Below are positions 10,582-22,642 of a DNA stretch of 64,000 bases, one piece after another; within the stretch, counting starts at the first letter, position 1; the number at the start of each line of letters is the position of its first letter. Source of the DNA: an uncultured Chloroflexia bacterium (GTDB taxonomy: Bacteria > Chloroflexota > Limnocylindria > Limnocylindrales > CSP1-4); NCBI GenBank assembly GCA_963813335.1, contig CAWEYL010000003.1:480001-544000 (forward strand), in the 5' to 3' direction. A model generated the notes under the pieces. That model did not search any database. It was given only the letters and a program-made list of their open reading frames with translations, and was not told the DNA's origin. The translations under genes were made by a program, and so were the position numbers.

Positions 10582-12192
10582 TCAGATGATGTCGAGCTCG
10601 CGTTCGATCGCTCGAAGCTCCTCTGGCGTCCCCTGCACCTTGGGTCCCTTGAACCAGTTCTTCGCCGAGACGAAGTACCAGATCGCCGCGCCACCGAGCA
10701 CCACCAGGAACACGACCGGCGTGTAGTTGAAGGTGGTGATGTTGATCGGCAGGGCCTGCGGCAGCATGAACAGGAAGAAGATGAAGACCACCCAGATCGT
10801 GGCCACGATCCCGATGGGCCGGCTCCATCGCCCGAGACTCCACGGGCCTTCCTCGAACTTGTCGCCGGCGCGCCAGCGCAGGAAGACCGGGCTGATGTAG
10901 GCGACGTAGAGCCCGATGACAGCGATCGAGGTGATCGCGAAGTAGGCGACCGGGCTGTACAGATAGGGCAACCCGAGGATGAACGCCCCGACGGCAGCCA
11001 GCCAGATCGAGTTCGTCGGGGTGCGGGTGCGCTTGTTGATCCGGTGCCAGAACGCGCTGCCTGGCACGGCGCCGTCGCGCGAGAACGCGTAGATCATCCG
11101 CGAGTTCGCCGTCACCGACGACATGCCGCAGAAGAACTGCGCGCCGATGACCAGGAGCAGGACGATCATCCCGAGCGACTGGCCGACCGCGTCGATCCAG
11201 ATCTGCACCGGCGGGACGCCGGTGGCGGTCTGCAGCGCGTGGGTGTAGCCGTCGACCTGCGAGCCGTCGGTCCCGGTGAAGACCTTGTCCGGCGTGATGC
11301 CGACGTTCATCGCCACCAGGAGGATGAACCCGAAGATCACCGAGATCACCACGGACCAGACGATCCCGCGCGGTGCGGCCATCTCGGCGTCGTGCGTCTC
11401 TTCGGACATGTGCGCTGACGCGTCATAGCCGGTCAGCGTGTACTGCGCGTTCAGGAGCCCGATCAGGGCGACGTAGAGCGGGATGCCGAAGATCAGGAAG
11501 CCCGGGAACGACGCGTTCGGGTCCGAGCTGGTGTTGTTGACCGCCTTCGAGAACACCGTGCCCAGGTCCGTCCGCGAGTGCTGGTTGAGGAGGACCGTGA
11601 CGATGACGATGACGGTCACGCCGACGATGTGCCACCAGACCGACACGTCGTTGAGGAGCTTGACGATCCTGATCCCGAAGGTGTTCAGGAGCGCATGGAG
11701 GACCAGCATCACGCCGTAGACGGCGATCGTCACCGTCGGCGTCACCGTCACGTTGAAGGCGAGGTTCAGGAACGCGGTCGTGAACAAGGCGAGACCGAAG
11801 TCGATGCCGGCGGTCACGGCGACCTGTCCGATGAGGTTGAACCAGCCGACGAACCAGCTCCAGCGAGCCGGGTCGCGACCCGACTCCGGGGCGAGCTTCG
11901 CGGCCCAGTAGTACAGGCCGCCGGCCGTCGGATAGCTCGATGCGACCTCGGCCATGCCGAGCGCGACGAGGGTGACGAAGAACCCGACGAAGAGCCAGCC
12001 GAGGGTCATGATCGCCGGTCCGCCGACGTTCATCGCGAATCCGAACAGGGTGAGGCAACCGGAGAGGATCGAGATGATCGTGAAGGAGACCGCGAAGTTG
12101 GAGAAGGTCTTCATCCCCCTCCGCAACTCCTGCGCATATCCGAGCTTGTGGAGTTGCTCGGTGTCCTTGGATGCCGCTGGACCGGATGCCAT
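10582..12192 (-). CDS. Amino acid/amine permease (APC superfamily)
   Basis: LGYAQELRR, FSNFAVSFTIIS, YPTAGGLYYW, GYDASAHMSEET. Confidence 0.92.
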   Translation of the reverse strand: MASGPAASKDTEQLHKLGYAQELRRGMKTFSNFAVSFTIISILSGCLTLFGFAMNVGGPAIMTLGWLFVGFFVTLVALGMAEVASSYPTAGGLYYWAAKLAPESGRDPARWSWFVGWFNLIGQVAVTAGIDFGLALFTTAFLNLAFNVTVTPTVTIAVYGVMLVLHALLNTFGIRIVKLLNDVSVWWHIVGVTVIVIVTVLLNQHSRTDLGTVFSKAVNNTSSDPNASFPGFLIFGIPLYVALIGLLNAQYTLTGYDASAHMSEETHDAEMAAPRGIVWSVVISVIFGFILLVAMNVGITPDKVFTGTDGSQVDGYTHALQTATGVPPVQIWIDAVGQSLGMIVLLLVIGAQFFCGMSSVTANSRMIYAFSRDGAVPGSAFWHRINKRTRTPTNSIWLAAVGAFILGLPYLYSPVAYFAITSIAVIGLYVAYISPVFLRWRAGDKFEEGPWSLGRWSRPIGIVATIWVVFIFFLFMLPQALPINITTFNYTPVVFLVVLGGAAIWYFVSAKNWFKGPKVQGTPEELRAIERELDII

Positions 12193-12412
12193 ACCCAAGA
12201 CCCTCCTGCACGACGCTGACGGGGAGAACGCGCGGACGCAGGGACCGGGCGGGCGACGTCGCGGAAACCGGGCGATCTCGATCGCGATGGGACTGGGGAT
12301 CCCGCCGGACCGCAGTTCGACCTACCCTCGGCGGTCCACGATAGGGGTCCGCGGGTCGGTGTCAAGATGGATGCCGGCAGGGGCAACACATCGCTGGAGG
12401 TCGAGGACGGAC

Positions 12413-13171
12413 ATGGGCGATCGGCTTGCTGGCAAGGTCACCATCGTCACGGGCGCCGGGTCGGGCATCGGCCGCGCGACGGCGATCCGCTTCGCCGAGG
12501 AAGGGGCCCGTGTCACATGTGTCGACCTCGACCGCGACAGCGTCGAGGCGACCGCGGCCGGGATCGGGGCTCAGGCGTTCGCGGTCGCAGCCGACGTGTC
12601 CGATGCCGCCGCCGTCCAGGCCTACACGGACGCGACCGTCGAGCGCTGGGGTGGGCTGCACGCCGTCTTCAACAACGCCGGGGTCAATCTGCCCGGCGTC
12701 TTCCACGAGGCGTCCGACGCCGTCATCGACCGGACCCTGGCTGTCAACGTCAAGGGCCCGATCTACGGGTGCCGCTACGCCATCCCGCACATGCTCCGCG
12801 GCGGCGGCGGATCGCTCATCAACACGAGTTCGGTCAATGGCCTCGTAGCGGAGCCGTTCCTGGCCATCTATGCCACGTCGAAGGGCGCGATCATCATGCT
12901 CTCGAAGGGGATCGCCCTCGACTACGCGAAGCAGGGCATCCGCTGCAACGCGATCGCCCCGGGGTGGGTGGACACGCCCGTCAACTACGCCCACGCCGAG
13001 ATGCTCGGCGGGCTCGACAAGGTCTACGCCGAGATCGATTCGTTCCAGCCGATCGGCCGGCCGGGCGAGCCGCGCGAGATCGCCAACGTGGCCCTGTTCC
13101 TCGCCTCGGACGAGTCGTCGTTCGTGACCGGGTCGGTGGTCGTCGCGGACGGTGGGATGACCGCCAAATAG
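12413..13171 (+). CDS. Short-chain dehydrogenase/reductase
   Basis: [19 protein letters not shown]. Confidence 0.92.
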   Translation: MGDRLAGKVTIVTGAGSGIGRATAIRFAEEGARVTCVDLDRDSVEATAAGIGAQAFAVAADVSDAAAVQAYTDATVERWGGLHAVFNNAGVNLPGVFHEASDAVIDRTLAVNVKGPIYGCRYAIPHMLRGGGGSLINTSSVNGLVAEPFLAIYATSKGAIIMLSKGIALDYAKQGIRCNAIAPGWVDTPVNYAHAEMLGGLDKVYAEIDSFQPIGRPGEPREIANVALFLASDESSFVTGSVVVADGGMTAK

Positions 13172-13253
13172 GGCGCGGCGCCGCTCGGCGCCGACGTACC
13201 ATGCGCCAGCATGCGGCTCGGCTTGGACGGGGCCGCCAAGGTCGGAGGGACCC

Positions 13254-14651
13254 GTGAGCGACCACGACCACGCGAAGCACCCGCGGCTGATCGAACTCGA
13301 GGAGATGGTCCGCGACGGCCAGATCGACACGATCGTCGTCGCCATCACGGACATGCAGGGCCGGCTCATGGGCAAGCGCGTCCAGGGCCAGGCCTTCCTC
13401 GACGGCGTCATCTCCCACGGCGCCCATTTCTGCACGTACCTCCTCGGCACGGACATGGAGATGAACACGCCCGAGGGCTACAAGCTGATGAACTGGGAGA
13501 CCGGCTATGGCGACTGGATCGCCGAGCCGATCTGGGACCAGCTCCGGGTCCTGCCCTGGCTGCCCGGCACCGCGATGGTCCTCGCCGACGCGGTCGACGA
13601 CGAGACCGGCGCGGAGATCCCGGTCGCGCCGCGGACCATCCTCAAGCGCCAGGTCGCCCGGGCGGCGGAGCGCGGCTACGCCCTGAAGGCCGGCACCGAG
13701 TTCGAGTTCTACGTGCTCAAGGACTCCTGGGAGGAGCTGGCCGAGCGCGGCCATCCGGTCCCGCGCACGTTCGGGCACTACAACGAGGACTACCACCTGC
13801 TGCAGGCCACCAAGGCCGAGCCGCTCCACCGGCTGCTGCGCAACCAGATGACCGCGGCCAACGTGCCGATCGAGTTCAGCAAGGGCGAGGCCGCCAACGG
13901 CCAGCACGAGGTGAACATCCGCTACGACCACGTCCTGGAATCGGCCGACCGGAGCGTCGTCTTCAAGCACGGCGCGAAGGAGATCGCCTACCTCAACGGC
14001 TGGGGCATCACCTTCATGGCCAAGCCCGACCACCACTGGACGGGCTCGTCCGGGCACCTCCACATGAGCCTGTGGGACCTTGCCACGGACATCCCGCTGA
14101 TGGCCGCCGCCGAGGGCGAGCCGGCCGGCCCGTACGGCCTCTCGGAGATCGGCCAGCACTTCGTGGCCGGCATGATGAAGCTGTCGCGCGAGCTGGCGGT
14201 GTTCGTCGCCCCGTTCATCAACTCGTACAAGCGCTACGCGTCGCTGTCATGGGCGCCCGTGAACGTCGTGTGGGGCCGCGACAACCGCACGACCGGGTTC
14301 CGCCTCGTGGGCAGGGGGCCGACGCTGCACATCGAGGACCGCTTCCCCGGCGGCGACATGAACGCCTACCTGACCTACGCCGCGATGATGGGCGCCGGCC
14401 TGTACGGCATCGAGCACGAGCTGGCGCTCGATCCCGAGTTCAAGGGCAACGGCTACCTCGCGACCGGGGTCCAGCGGATGCCGCGGGCGCTGTACGAGGC
14501 GATCGGCGAGCTGGAGCGGTCCGACGCGGCCGTCGAGATCTTCGGGCAGGACGTCGTCGACCACTACCTGAACGCCGCGAAGGTGGAGCAGGACACCTAC
14601 GACTCGGTGGTCCACCCGTGGGAGCGCGAGCGCTACCTCGAGCGCGGCTGA
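13254..14651 (+). CDS. Glutamine synthetase-like gamma-glutamyl-amine ligase (GlnA4/PuuA-type)
   Basis: DMQGRLMGKR, GTEFEF, GQHEVN, ITFMAKP, GSSGHLHMSL, NSYKR, WGRDNRT. Confidence 0.9.
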   Translation: MSDHDHAKHPRLIELEEMVRDGQIDTIVVAITDMQGRLMGKRVQGQAFLDGVISHGAHFCTYLLGTDMEMNTPEGYKLMNWETGYGDWIAEPIWDQLRVLPWLPGTAMVLADAVDDETGAEIPVAPRTILKRQVARAAERGYALKAGTEFEFYVLKDSWEELAERGHPVPRTFGHYNEDYHLLQATKAEPLHRLLRNQMTAANVPIEFSKGEAANGQHEVNIRYDHVLESADRSVVFKHGAKEIAYLNGWGITFMAKPDHHWTGSSGHLHMSLWDLATDIPLMAAAEGEPAGPYGLSEIGQHFVAGMMKLSRELAVFVAPFINSYKRYASLSWAPVNVVWGRDNRTTGFRLVGRGPTLHIEDRFPGGDMNAYLTYAAMMGAGLYGIEHELALDPEFKGNGYLATGVQRMPRALYEAIGELERSDAAVEIFGQDVVDHYLNAAKVEQDTYDSVVHPWERERYLERG

Positions 14652-15118
14652 TGGATCGTCGGGGGCGCGGCTGGGCGCGTCGCAGGGGCCGCTGCGGACG
14701 GGCCGTGTCGCGGGACGAGTGGCCGTGGGCGCTGCCGACTTCGCCATGGGTGAAGAGACAGCCACGTCTAGCGTGGACAGACGCGCTCGGGGACTTGCTG
14801 TGGCGCCGGCATGTCGTTCGGTGTGGGTGAAGGATCGGGCAGCGAACGCCGCGACCGCGCGGGTCGCGGGCAGTCGGAGGCGCGTCCGCGGCCGGTCGAC
14901 CGGGTTTCGGCATTCACGTCACAGCGAAGGCGCGGGCCGAGGGCGGGCAGACGACGACGGCCGGCGGACTCCGAGTCCGAACTTCCTGCGTCATGTGACC
15001 GGCGCGGGCCGCGCACGCCCCATGCTTCAGAGAAACGGGTCTGGGAGACCGCGACCTGTGTTCGCCGGCCTGACCAACGCCGGCCCGATCGTTTCCTGCA
15101 GAGAAACCGGACTCCTGG

Positions 15119-15240
15119 ACCCGTCGAGCCGGGGACCCGTCGAGCCGGGAGCCCGTCGAGCCGGGAGCCCGCCGCGGGGGACCCGTCGAGCCGGGAGCCC
15201 GCTGCGCGGTCCGCCGCGGGAGCCCGCCGCGGGAGCCCGC
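15119..15240. repeat. Intergenic minisatellite of 16-bp and shorter hairpin units
   Basis: (a/g)cccgtcgagccggg(a/g) x4 at 15119, 15135, 15151, 15181, interspersed with gcccgccgcggg variants. Confidence 0.85.
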
Positions 15241-15276
15241 GCAGAGCCAGGCGCCAGCGAGCGCCGCGGCCCCCCA

Positions 15277-15954
15277 CTAGCGCCCCGCCGCGACCTCGCG
15301 GAGTCGCGCGGCCACGTCCGGATGGCTGGCGTCGTCGGCCAGGTCGGCCGGGGTGCGGCCCTCGTCGTCGCGGAGGGTCGGATCGGCGCCGGCGGACAGC
15401 AGCAGCTCGACCAGCTCGATGTCGCCGTGCTGCGCGGCCTCGTGCATCGGGGCGTAGCCGCCGTGCTGCCGGGCGTCCACGTCGGCACCGGCCGCGAGCA
15501 GCACCCGGCACACCTCGATATGGCGACCGGCGGCCGCGGCATGGAGCGGCTGGTTCACGAACGGGTTGCGCGTCCAGGCGCCGACATCGGCGCCGTGCTC
15601 GAGCAGGATCCGGGCCGCCTCGGGCTTGCCGAAGAACGCCGCGAAGTGGAGGGCGGTGAAGCCGTCGGCGGAATAGGCGGTGGCGGCCGCGGGGTCGTCG
15701 TCCAGCAGGCCCCGGAGTCGGTCGATCTCGCCCAGCGCCGTCGCCTCGAAGACGTCGCGCTCGGGGTCCGCCGCGACGAGCGCGTCGGTGACCGGGCGGG
15801 CGAGACGGTACCTCGAATGCATCAGTGCCGAGACGCCCGCCTCGTCCCGCGCGTTCGCGAGCGACGGGTCGAGGGCGACCAGCTCGGCGACGAGCGCCGC
15901 GTCGTCGGCGTTGACCGCGGCGATGAGATCGGCGGGCGTCGGGTCCGGGGCCAT
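15277..15954 (-). CDS. Ankyrin repeat protein
   Basis: GFTALHFAAFFG, QPLHAAAAG, GYAPMHEAAQHG, GRTPADLA. Confidence 0.92.
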   Translation of the reverse strand: MAPDPTPADLIAAVNADDAALVAELVALDPSLANARDEAGVSALMHSRYRLARPVTDALVAADPERDVFEATALGEIDRLRGLLDDDPAAATAYSADGFTALHFAAFFGKPEAARILLEHGADVGAWTRNPFVNQPLHAAAAGRHIEVCRVLLAAGADVDARQHGGYAPMHEAAQHGDIELVELLLSAGADPTLRDDEGRTPADLADDASHPDVAARLREVAAGR

Positions 15955-16034
15955 CACGACGAAGTGTCGCGCATCCGGGCGCGCGAGGTCATACCCTTGT
16001 CCCACGTCACCACTCCGCAACCCGCGAGGTCATC

Positions 16035-16803
16035 ATGCGACTCGCCGACAAGGTCACGATCATCACCGGCGCCGGCGGGGGCATGGGCCGGGTCGCCGCG
16101 CAGCTGTTCGCCAAGGAGGGGGCCAGGGTCGTCGTCGCCGAGTACAGCGAGCCGGCCGGCCGCGACACGGTCGCGATGGTCGAGGCGGAGGGCGGGACCG
16201 CGACCTACGTCAAGGCCGACGTCTCGAAGGAGGCCGACGCGAAGGCGATGGTCGACCACGCGCTGGCGACGTACGGCCGGGTCGACGTGCCTCTACAACA
16301 ACGCCGGGATCATGCCCGAGGCCGACCACTCGGTGATCGACACCGACGTCGCGACCTGGGACCAGGTGATGGCCGTCAACGTGCGCGGCCCGTTCCTGGG
16401 CTGCAAGTACGCGATCCCCGCGATGATCGCCGGCGGCGGCGGCTCGATCATCAACGTCGCGAGCTTCGTGGCGATCCTCGGCTGCTCGGTCCCGCAGGAC
16501 GCCTACACCGCGTCGAAGGGCGCGATCCTGTCGCTGACCCGCAGCCTGGCCGTCCAGTTCGGCCCGAACGGCATCCGCACCAACGCGATCTGCCCGGGCC
16601 CGATCGAGACGCCACTCCTGATGGACTGGCTGCTCAAGGACGAGGCCGCCAAGAACCTGCGGCTCGCGCGCAACCCCACGGGGCGCTTCGGCAAGCCCGA
16701 GGAGATCGTCTTCATGGCGCTCTACCTGGCCTCCGACGAATCGCGGTTCACCAACGGCGCGTCGCTCGTCGTCGATGGCGGCATCACCGTCAACTACTTC
16801 TAG
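16035..16803 (+). CDS. Short-chain dehydrogenase/reductase (frameshift ~16290)
   Basis: TGAGGGMG, YNNAGI, YTASKGA, NAICPGP. Confidence 0.88.
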
Positions 16804-16810
16804 CCGGAGC

Positions 16811-17650
16811 ATGGACGTGGCTGCGGGTCGGATCGCCATCGGGGTCGATGTCGGGGGCAGCGGGGTCAAGGCGGCCGTCGTCGACGTCGAGCTCGGCCAG
16901 CTGCGGTCGGACCGGCTGCGCGTGCCGACCCCGGTACCGTCGACGCCGGATGCCGTCAACGCCTCGATCGCCCGGCTCGTGAAGCGACTGGTCACATCGG
17001 CCGGCCTCGGCCCGACCACCCCGGTCGGGGTGGGGCTCCCCGGCGTCACGATCGACGGCACCGTCAAGACGGCATCCAACATCGATCCGGGCTGGCTCGA
17101 GTTCCCCGAGCGCGAGCGGCTGTCGCGCGTGCTGCTGCGGCCCGTGGCGATCGTGAACGACGCCGACGCTGCCGGGATCGCCGAGATGCGCTTCGGGGTC
17201 GGGAAGGACCGGCCCGGCGTGGTCATCTTCCTGACCCTCGGGACGGGCGTCGGCTCCGGCGTCTTCAACGACGGCGTGCTCGTCCCCAACACCGAGTTCG
17301 GGCAGATGGAGATCCGCGGCCGACCCGCGGAACGGCGGTCGGCGGCGATCGCGCGCGTCCGCCGCGGCCTGTCGTGGAAGGCCTGGGCGCAGGACCTCGA
17401 CGAGCACCTCCAGGCCATCGACACGCTGCTCTGGCCGAACCTGCTGATCATCGGCGGCGGCGTCAGCAAGAACGCCGATCGCTTCATCCCGCGGCTGACG
17501 GTCCGACCACCGGTGGTGGCCGCGACGCTGCGCAACGACGCGGGCATCATCGGCGCCGCGATCGTCGCGATCGAGCACGGGGTGACCGCCGGCCCGCTCC
17601 TCGAGACGCTCGTCCCGCCAGCACGGCCAGACGGCCAGCCGCCCGCCTGA
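16811..17650 (+). CDS. ppgK: Polyphosphate glucokinase (ROK family)
   Basis: GVDVGGSGVK, NDADAAGIAE, LTLGTGVGS, PNTEFG, GGGVSK, NDAGIIGAA. Confidence 0.88.
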   Translation: MDVAAGRIAIGVDVGGSGVKAAVVDVELGQLRSDRLRVPTPVPSTPDAVNASIARLVKRLVTSAGLGPTTPVGVGLPGVTIDGTVKTASNIDPGWLEFPERERLSRVLLRPVAIVNDADAAGIAEMRFGVGKDRPGVVIFLTLGTGVGSGVFNDGVLVPNTEFGQMEIRGRPAERRSAAIARVRRGLSWKAWAQDLDEHLQAIDTLLWPNLLIIGGGVSKNADRFIPRLTVRPPVVAATLRNDAGIIGAAIVAIEHGVTAGPLLETLVPPARPDGQPPA

Positions 17651-17662
17651 CGAGCGCGTCGG

Positions 17663-18663
17663 TCAGGCCTGGGCGCGCAGGGCTCGGAGGACCTCCGCGG
17701 TCCCCGAGACGATGAGGTTGTCGCCCGACGACGAGCACGCGTCCGGTCGGCGGGTTCGGCTCGTAGTCGCGCTCACCGCGGACGATCGCGAGCGCGAAGA
17801 TCCCGTCCTCGCGCAGCGACCCGACCGTTCGGCCGTCGAGCGGCCCGCCGGGCCCCACCTCGAGCTCTTCGAGCGAGAACGCGAGTTCGCCGTGCGACAG
17901 GGCCGAGTCGATGAAGTCGGCGACCCGCGGGCGGATGGCGAGCTCGGCGATCTGGCGACCCGCCCGCGTGTACGGGGACACGACCCGGCTCGCCCCGGCC
18001 TGGAGGAGCTTCGCCTCGGCGCCATCCTGGTTGGCCCGCGCGACGACGAAGAGTGCGTGATTCAAGGCCCGGGCCGAGAGGGTCACGTAGACGTTGTGGG
18101 CGTCCGAAATCGATGGTGGTGATGAGGCCGCGCGCCCGCTCGACACCGGCAGCGCGGAGCACGTCATCGTTCGTGGCGTCGCCCTCGACGACGAGATGAC
18201 CGTCGCGTGTGGCCTCGCCGAGTGACTCGGGGTTGATGTCGACGACCACGAACGGCTGACCGACGTGGGCGAGCTCGCGGGCCACCGTCGACCCGACTCG
18301 TCCGTAGCCGCACAGGATCAGGTGACCGCGAAGCCCGGAGATCTGCTCAGCCATTCGTCTCGCCTCCCGTCGGCCGCTGACCGTTTCGGAGAGGACCGCC
18401 TCGGCCACGATGCCGATCGATCCGAAGATGATCCCGATGCCGGCGACCGCCAGCGCGACCGTCCAGGCACGACCGAAGTCATCGAGCTCGCGGACCTCCT
18501 TGAAGCCCACGGTCGTGAGCGTGATCCCCGTCATGTATGCCGCGTCGTCGAGCGGCCAGCCGAGCATGACGTACCCGGCGGTCCCGATGGCGACGATCGC
18601 GAGCACGGCAAGCAGCCAGAGGCGGACATGCGAGCCCGTGAGCGCGTCGATGAAGCGCGTCAT
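17663..18663 (-). CDS. Potassium channel protein with TrkA-N/TrkA-C domains (frameshifted)
   Basis: TLTTVGF pore motif, LCGYGRVG, GDATND, AGASRVVSPY. Confidence 0.85.
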
Positions 18664-18777
18664 GTTGCGATCGTAGAGAGTCCGAACCTGCCTCCGGAGG
18701 GCCATCCGGCATGGCGGAACGGGCCGAAGGCCGGCGTATCATCGCGGCATGCCAGACCAACCCGCCCGAGGTCCCCG

Positions 18778-20264
<1,487 letters not shown>

Positions 20265-20294
20265 CCGGGCTCGGCGCGGCGCGGCGCCGCGGCC

Positions 20295-20804
20295 GTGGCA
20301 GCCGTCGACCCGGAGGCCCGGATGGCCGACGACGCACCGATCCTGGAACCCATCGGGCGGCACCGACCGCCGGCGATGTGGGTCGGCGGGCTCGTCGCGG
20401 TGCTCGTCGCGGTCGTGGCGATCGCGATCGGCGGGCGGCTCGAGCCGGGGCCGTCGGCGTCGGGGACGGAGCGCGGCGAGGCGGCGGTGAGTTCGGTCGC
20501 GGTGAGTTCGGCGCCGGCAAGTTCCGCGGCGGCCGTGGCGCCGGGCCCGGTTGATTCCGCGGCGGCCGTGGCGCCGGCGCCGGCCGGTTCCCTTGCGACC
20601 ACGGCGCCGGCCACCTCCCCGCTCCACAGCCCCGCGCCGATCTGGTACCGGCCCTCGCCGTGGCCGATGGGCGAGGACGGCCTGGCCGGCGGGACCGTCT
20701 ATTCGTCGCCGTCACCGTCGCCGTCGTCATCGACTGCTCCGGACGCGGGTGGCCTCGGCGTCTCGGGGCATCGGTGGCCGTGGACCGGCAACCCGGCCGA
20801 ATGA
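20295..20804 (+). CDS. Hypothetical membrane-anchored Ala/Ser/Pro-rich protein
   Basis: One TM segment, internal SAAAVAP repeats; stop codon lies inside the downstream repeat element. Confidence 0.5.
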   Translation: MAAVDPEARMADDAPILEPIGRHRPPAMWVGGLVAVLVAVVAIAIGGRLEPGPSASGTERGEAAVSSVAVSSAPASSAAAVAPGPVDSAAAVAPAPAGSLATTAPATSPLHSPAPIWYRPSPWPMGEDGLAGGTVYSSPSPSPSSSTAPDAGGLGVSGHRWPWTGNPAE

Positions 20805-20990
20805 CCACCGACGGAACGTTATGGCCGGTCGGAGGGCGGCTTCGTGGATCCGAGCCCCCACCGCGACCCTCCTTCGCCCCGGAGATGCACCCTGAGCTGC
20901 ATCAACGGATCGAGGGATCGGCCCGGGAGCCCTGCCTCAAGCGCCGGGATCGGCCATAACGTTCTGCCCATGAGCGTTATGACAGGTTGC
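20788..20990. mobile_element. MITE-like element, copy 1, ~43-bp imperfect terminal inverted repeats
   Basis: GAACGTTATGGCCG (20814-20827) and CGGCCATAACGTTC (20951-20964); both ends match the reverse complement of 58634-58846. Confidence 0.7.
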
Positions 20991-21029
20991 TGAGCCGGGC
21001 GCGGGCCGGCCGGCCGACCGCGGGATCCG

Positions 21030-21644
21030 TCAGGCGCCGACGTCGCGGTCCGGCCAGCGGACCCCGGGATGCCGCAGGTCCAGCCAGTCGCGGAGCGCCC
21101 AGGTCGACGTGCGGAACGCGATCTTCGGCCAGGGCAGCGCGTCGGGCGCGTAGGCCTGGATCTCGGTCGCCTCCGGGGTCGGCGCCGCGGTCCCGCCCAC
21201 GATCCGCGCCTCGAACACGATCGTGACGACGGCTGCCTCGAGCCTCGTGTACAGCCCGACGAGGTCGCCCGGCTCGACGAGCAACCCGGTCTCCTCCCAG
21301 GTCTCGCGGATCGCCGCCTGATGGACGGTCTCGTCGACCTCGAGGAAGCCACCGGGCTGCGCCCACAGCCCGACACCGGGCTCGATGCCGCGCCGGATCA
21401 GCACGACGTTCCCCTCGTCGTCGATGGGGAGGGTCGTGACCACGAGCCGCGGGTTGACGTAGGCGATGTGGCCGCACGCCTCGCACGACAGGCGCTGGCG
21501 GTCCTCGCCGTCCACCAGGCCGAAGCGCAGCGGCGATCCGCAACGGCTGCAGAAGTTGAGCGACGACGCCAGCCACGACGGCACGCCCCGTCCGGACGCC
21601 ATGTCGCTCGAGCGGCCGTCGGGGCCGCGGTCGAAGTCGTCCAT
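21030..21644 (-). CDS. NUDIX hydrolase with N-terminal zinc ribbon
   Basis: FCSRCG, CEACG, Nudix box PGGFLEVDETVHQAAIRETWEETG. Confidence 0.92.
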   Translation of the reverse strand: MDDFDRGPDGRSSDMASGRGVPSWLASSLNFCSRCGSPLRFGLVDGEDRQRLSCEACGHIAYVNPRLVVTTLPIDDEGNVVLIRRGIEPGVGLWAQPGGFLEVDETVHQAAIRETWEETGLLVEPGDLVGLYTRLEAAVVTIVFEARIVGGTAAPTPEATEIQAYAPDALPWPKIAFRTSTWALRDWLDLRHPGVRWPDRDVGA

Positions 21645-22090
21645 CAGGCGAAGAGAACCAGGATGCCCGCCCCGACCAGCGCCGCCAGGCCGATCAGGCT
21701 GACCGCCACCCAGGCGAGCCGGAACAGGCCCTTGGTCCGGTCGACCGGCATCCACGCCCAGGCCGCCCGCCAGATGCGGACGACCGCGTCGGCGGTGGTC
21801 ACGACCAGCAGGGGCAGGGCGATCAGGACGCACACCTTCACCAGCGGGCTGCCCAGCGACGCCCCGAGCTCGAGCGCCGTGATCGCGATCGCGCCGAGGA
21901 TGAGGACCGGGACGCTGAGCAGGACGTAGTGCTTCTGGAGCGGGGTCGGGGCCACCTCGGGCACGGACCGCGGCGGCAGCCCCTGCAGGCTCGGCGGGAG
22001 AACGGGGGCCGGCACCGCCTGCCGATCGAGCGTCGGCATCCCCGGCTCCCAGCGCGGGTCATCCATCGTGTGCGGCTCGCCGGGAGTCAT
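21644..22090 (-). CDS. Hypothetical membrane protein
   Basis: Three TM segments; TACACT -10 hexamer 7 nt upstream; TGATG coupling to the NUDIX gene. Confidence 0.7.
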   Translation of the reverse strand: MTPGEPHTMDDPRWEPGMPTLDRQAVPAPVLPPSLQGLPPRSVPEVAPTPLQKHYVLLSVPVLILGAIAITALELGASLGSPLVKVCVLIALPLLVVTTADAVVRIWRAAWAWMPVDRTKGLFRLAWVAVSLIGLAALVGAGILVLFA

Positions 22091-22108
22091 GCCCGCGAGT
22101 GTACGAGC

Positions 22109-22544
22109 CTAGACCGTCCGGGTCTCGCGCACGTCCGGATCGTCGATGACGACCGAGCACGTGGGGCACCACCAGCGCGTCTCCAGCGCGGTGCCGCACA
22201 GCTCGTGCTGGATCGGCTCGCCGGTCGCACCGGCGCCGGCGCCCCAGTCCGCGAGCAGGCGCAGCACCGAGGCGAGCTCGCGGCCTGTGGCGGTCAGCGC
22301 ATAGGACATCCGCGGCGGCCGCTCCTGGTAGGGCGTCGCCGTCACGATCCGTTCGCGCTCGAGGCGGCGGAGGCGATCGCTCAGGATGTTCGGGGCGATG
22401 CCGGGGAGGTCCTCACCGAGCTCGTTGAACCGCCGCGGTCGTCTCGAGCAGCGCCTCGACGACGAGCAGGCTCCAGCGGTCGCCGACCCGGTCGAGGGCG
22501 GCCTCGAGCGCCGATGTCGGGCGGGCGGCTGGTCGGTCGGGCAT
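22109..22544 (-). CDS. HxlR-family transcriptional regulator (frameshift ~22440)
   Basis: ALDRVGDRWSLLVV, PRRFNEL, GIAPNILSDRLRRL, YALTATG, C-terminal HELCG..CPTC. Confidence 0.85.
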
Positions 22545-22642
22545 CGGGCCAAGCGTACGGGCGGGCTCGGGGGTTGTCACCGTGGGGAGTCGGTAGTAGA
22601 TTGCAAGTCACAAGTCTATCGCGATACCAGGAGCCCCACCCC

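Noticed and set aside
15119-15240. CRISPR array
   Set aside because: Units are 11-16 bp, contiguous and without unique spacers; no cas genes in the window
20788-20990. Integron attC site (TAAC/GTTA motifs)
   Set aside because: Core sites are in the wrong orientation, the element is too long, and no integrase is present
22592-22601. GGTAGTAGAT matching the cassette TIR
   Set aside because: Only 10 bp, with no inner box or partner end; better explained as part of the hxlR/protease promoter
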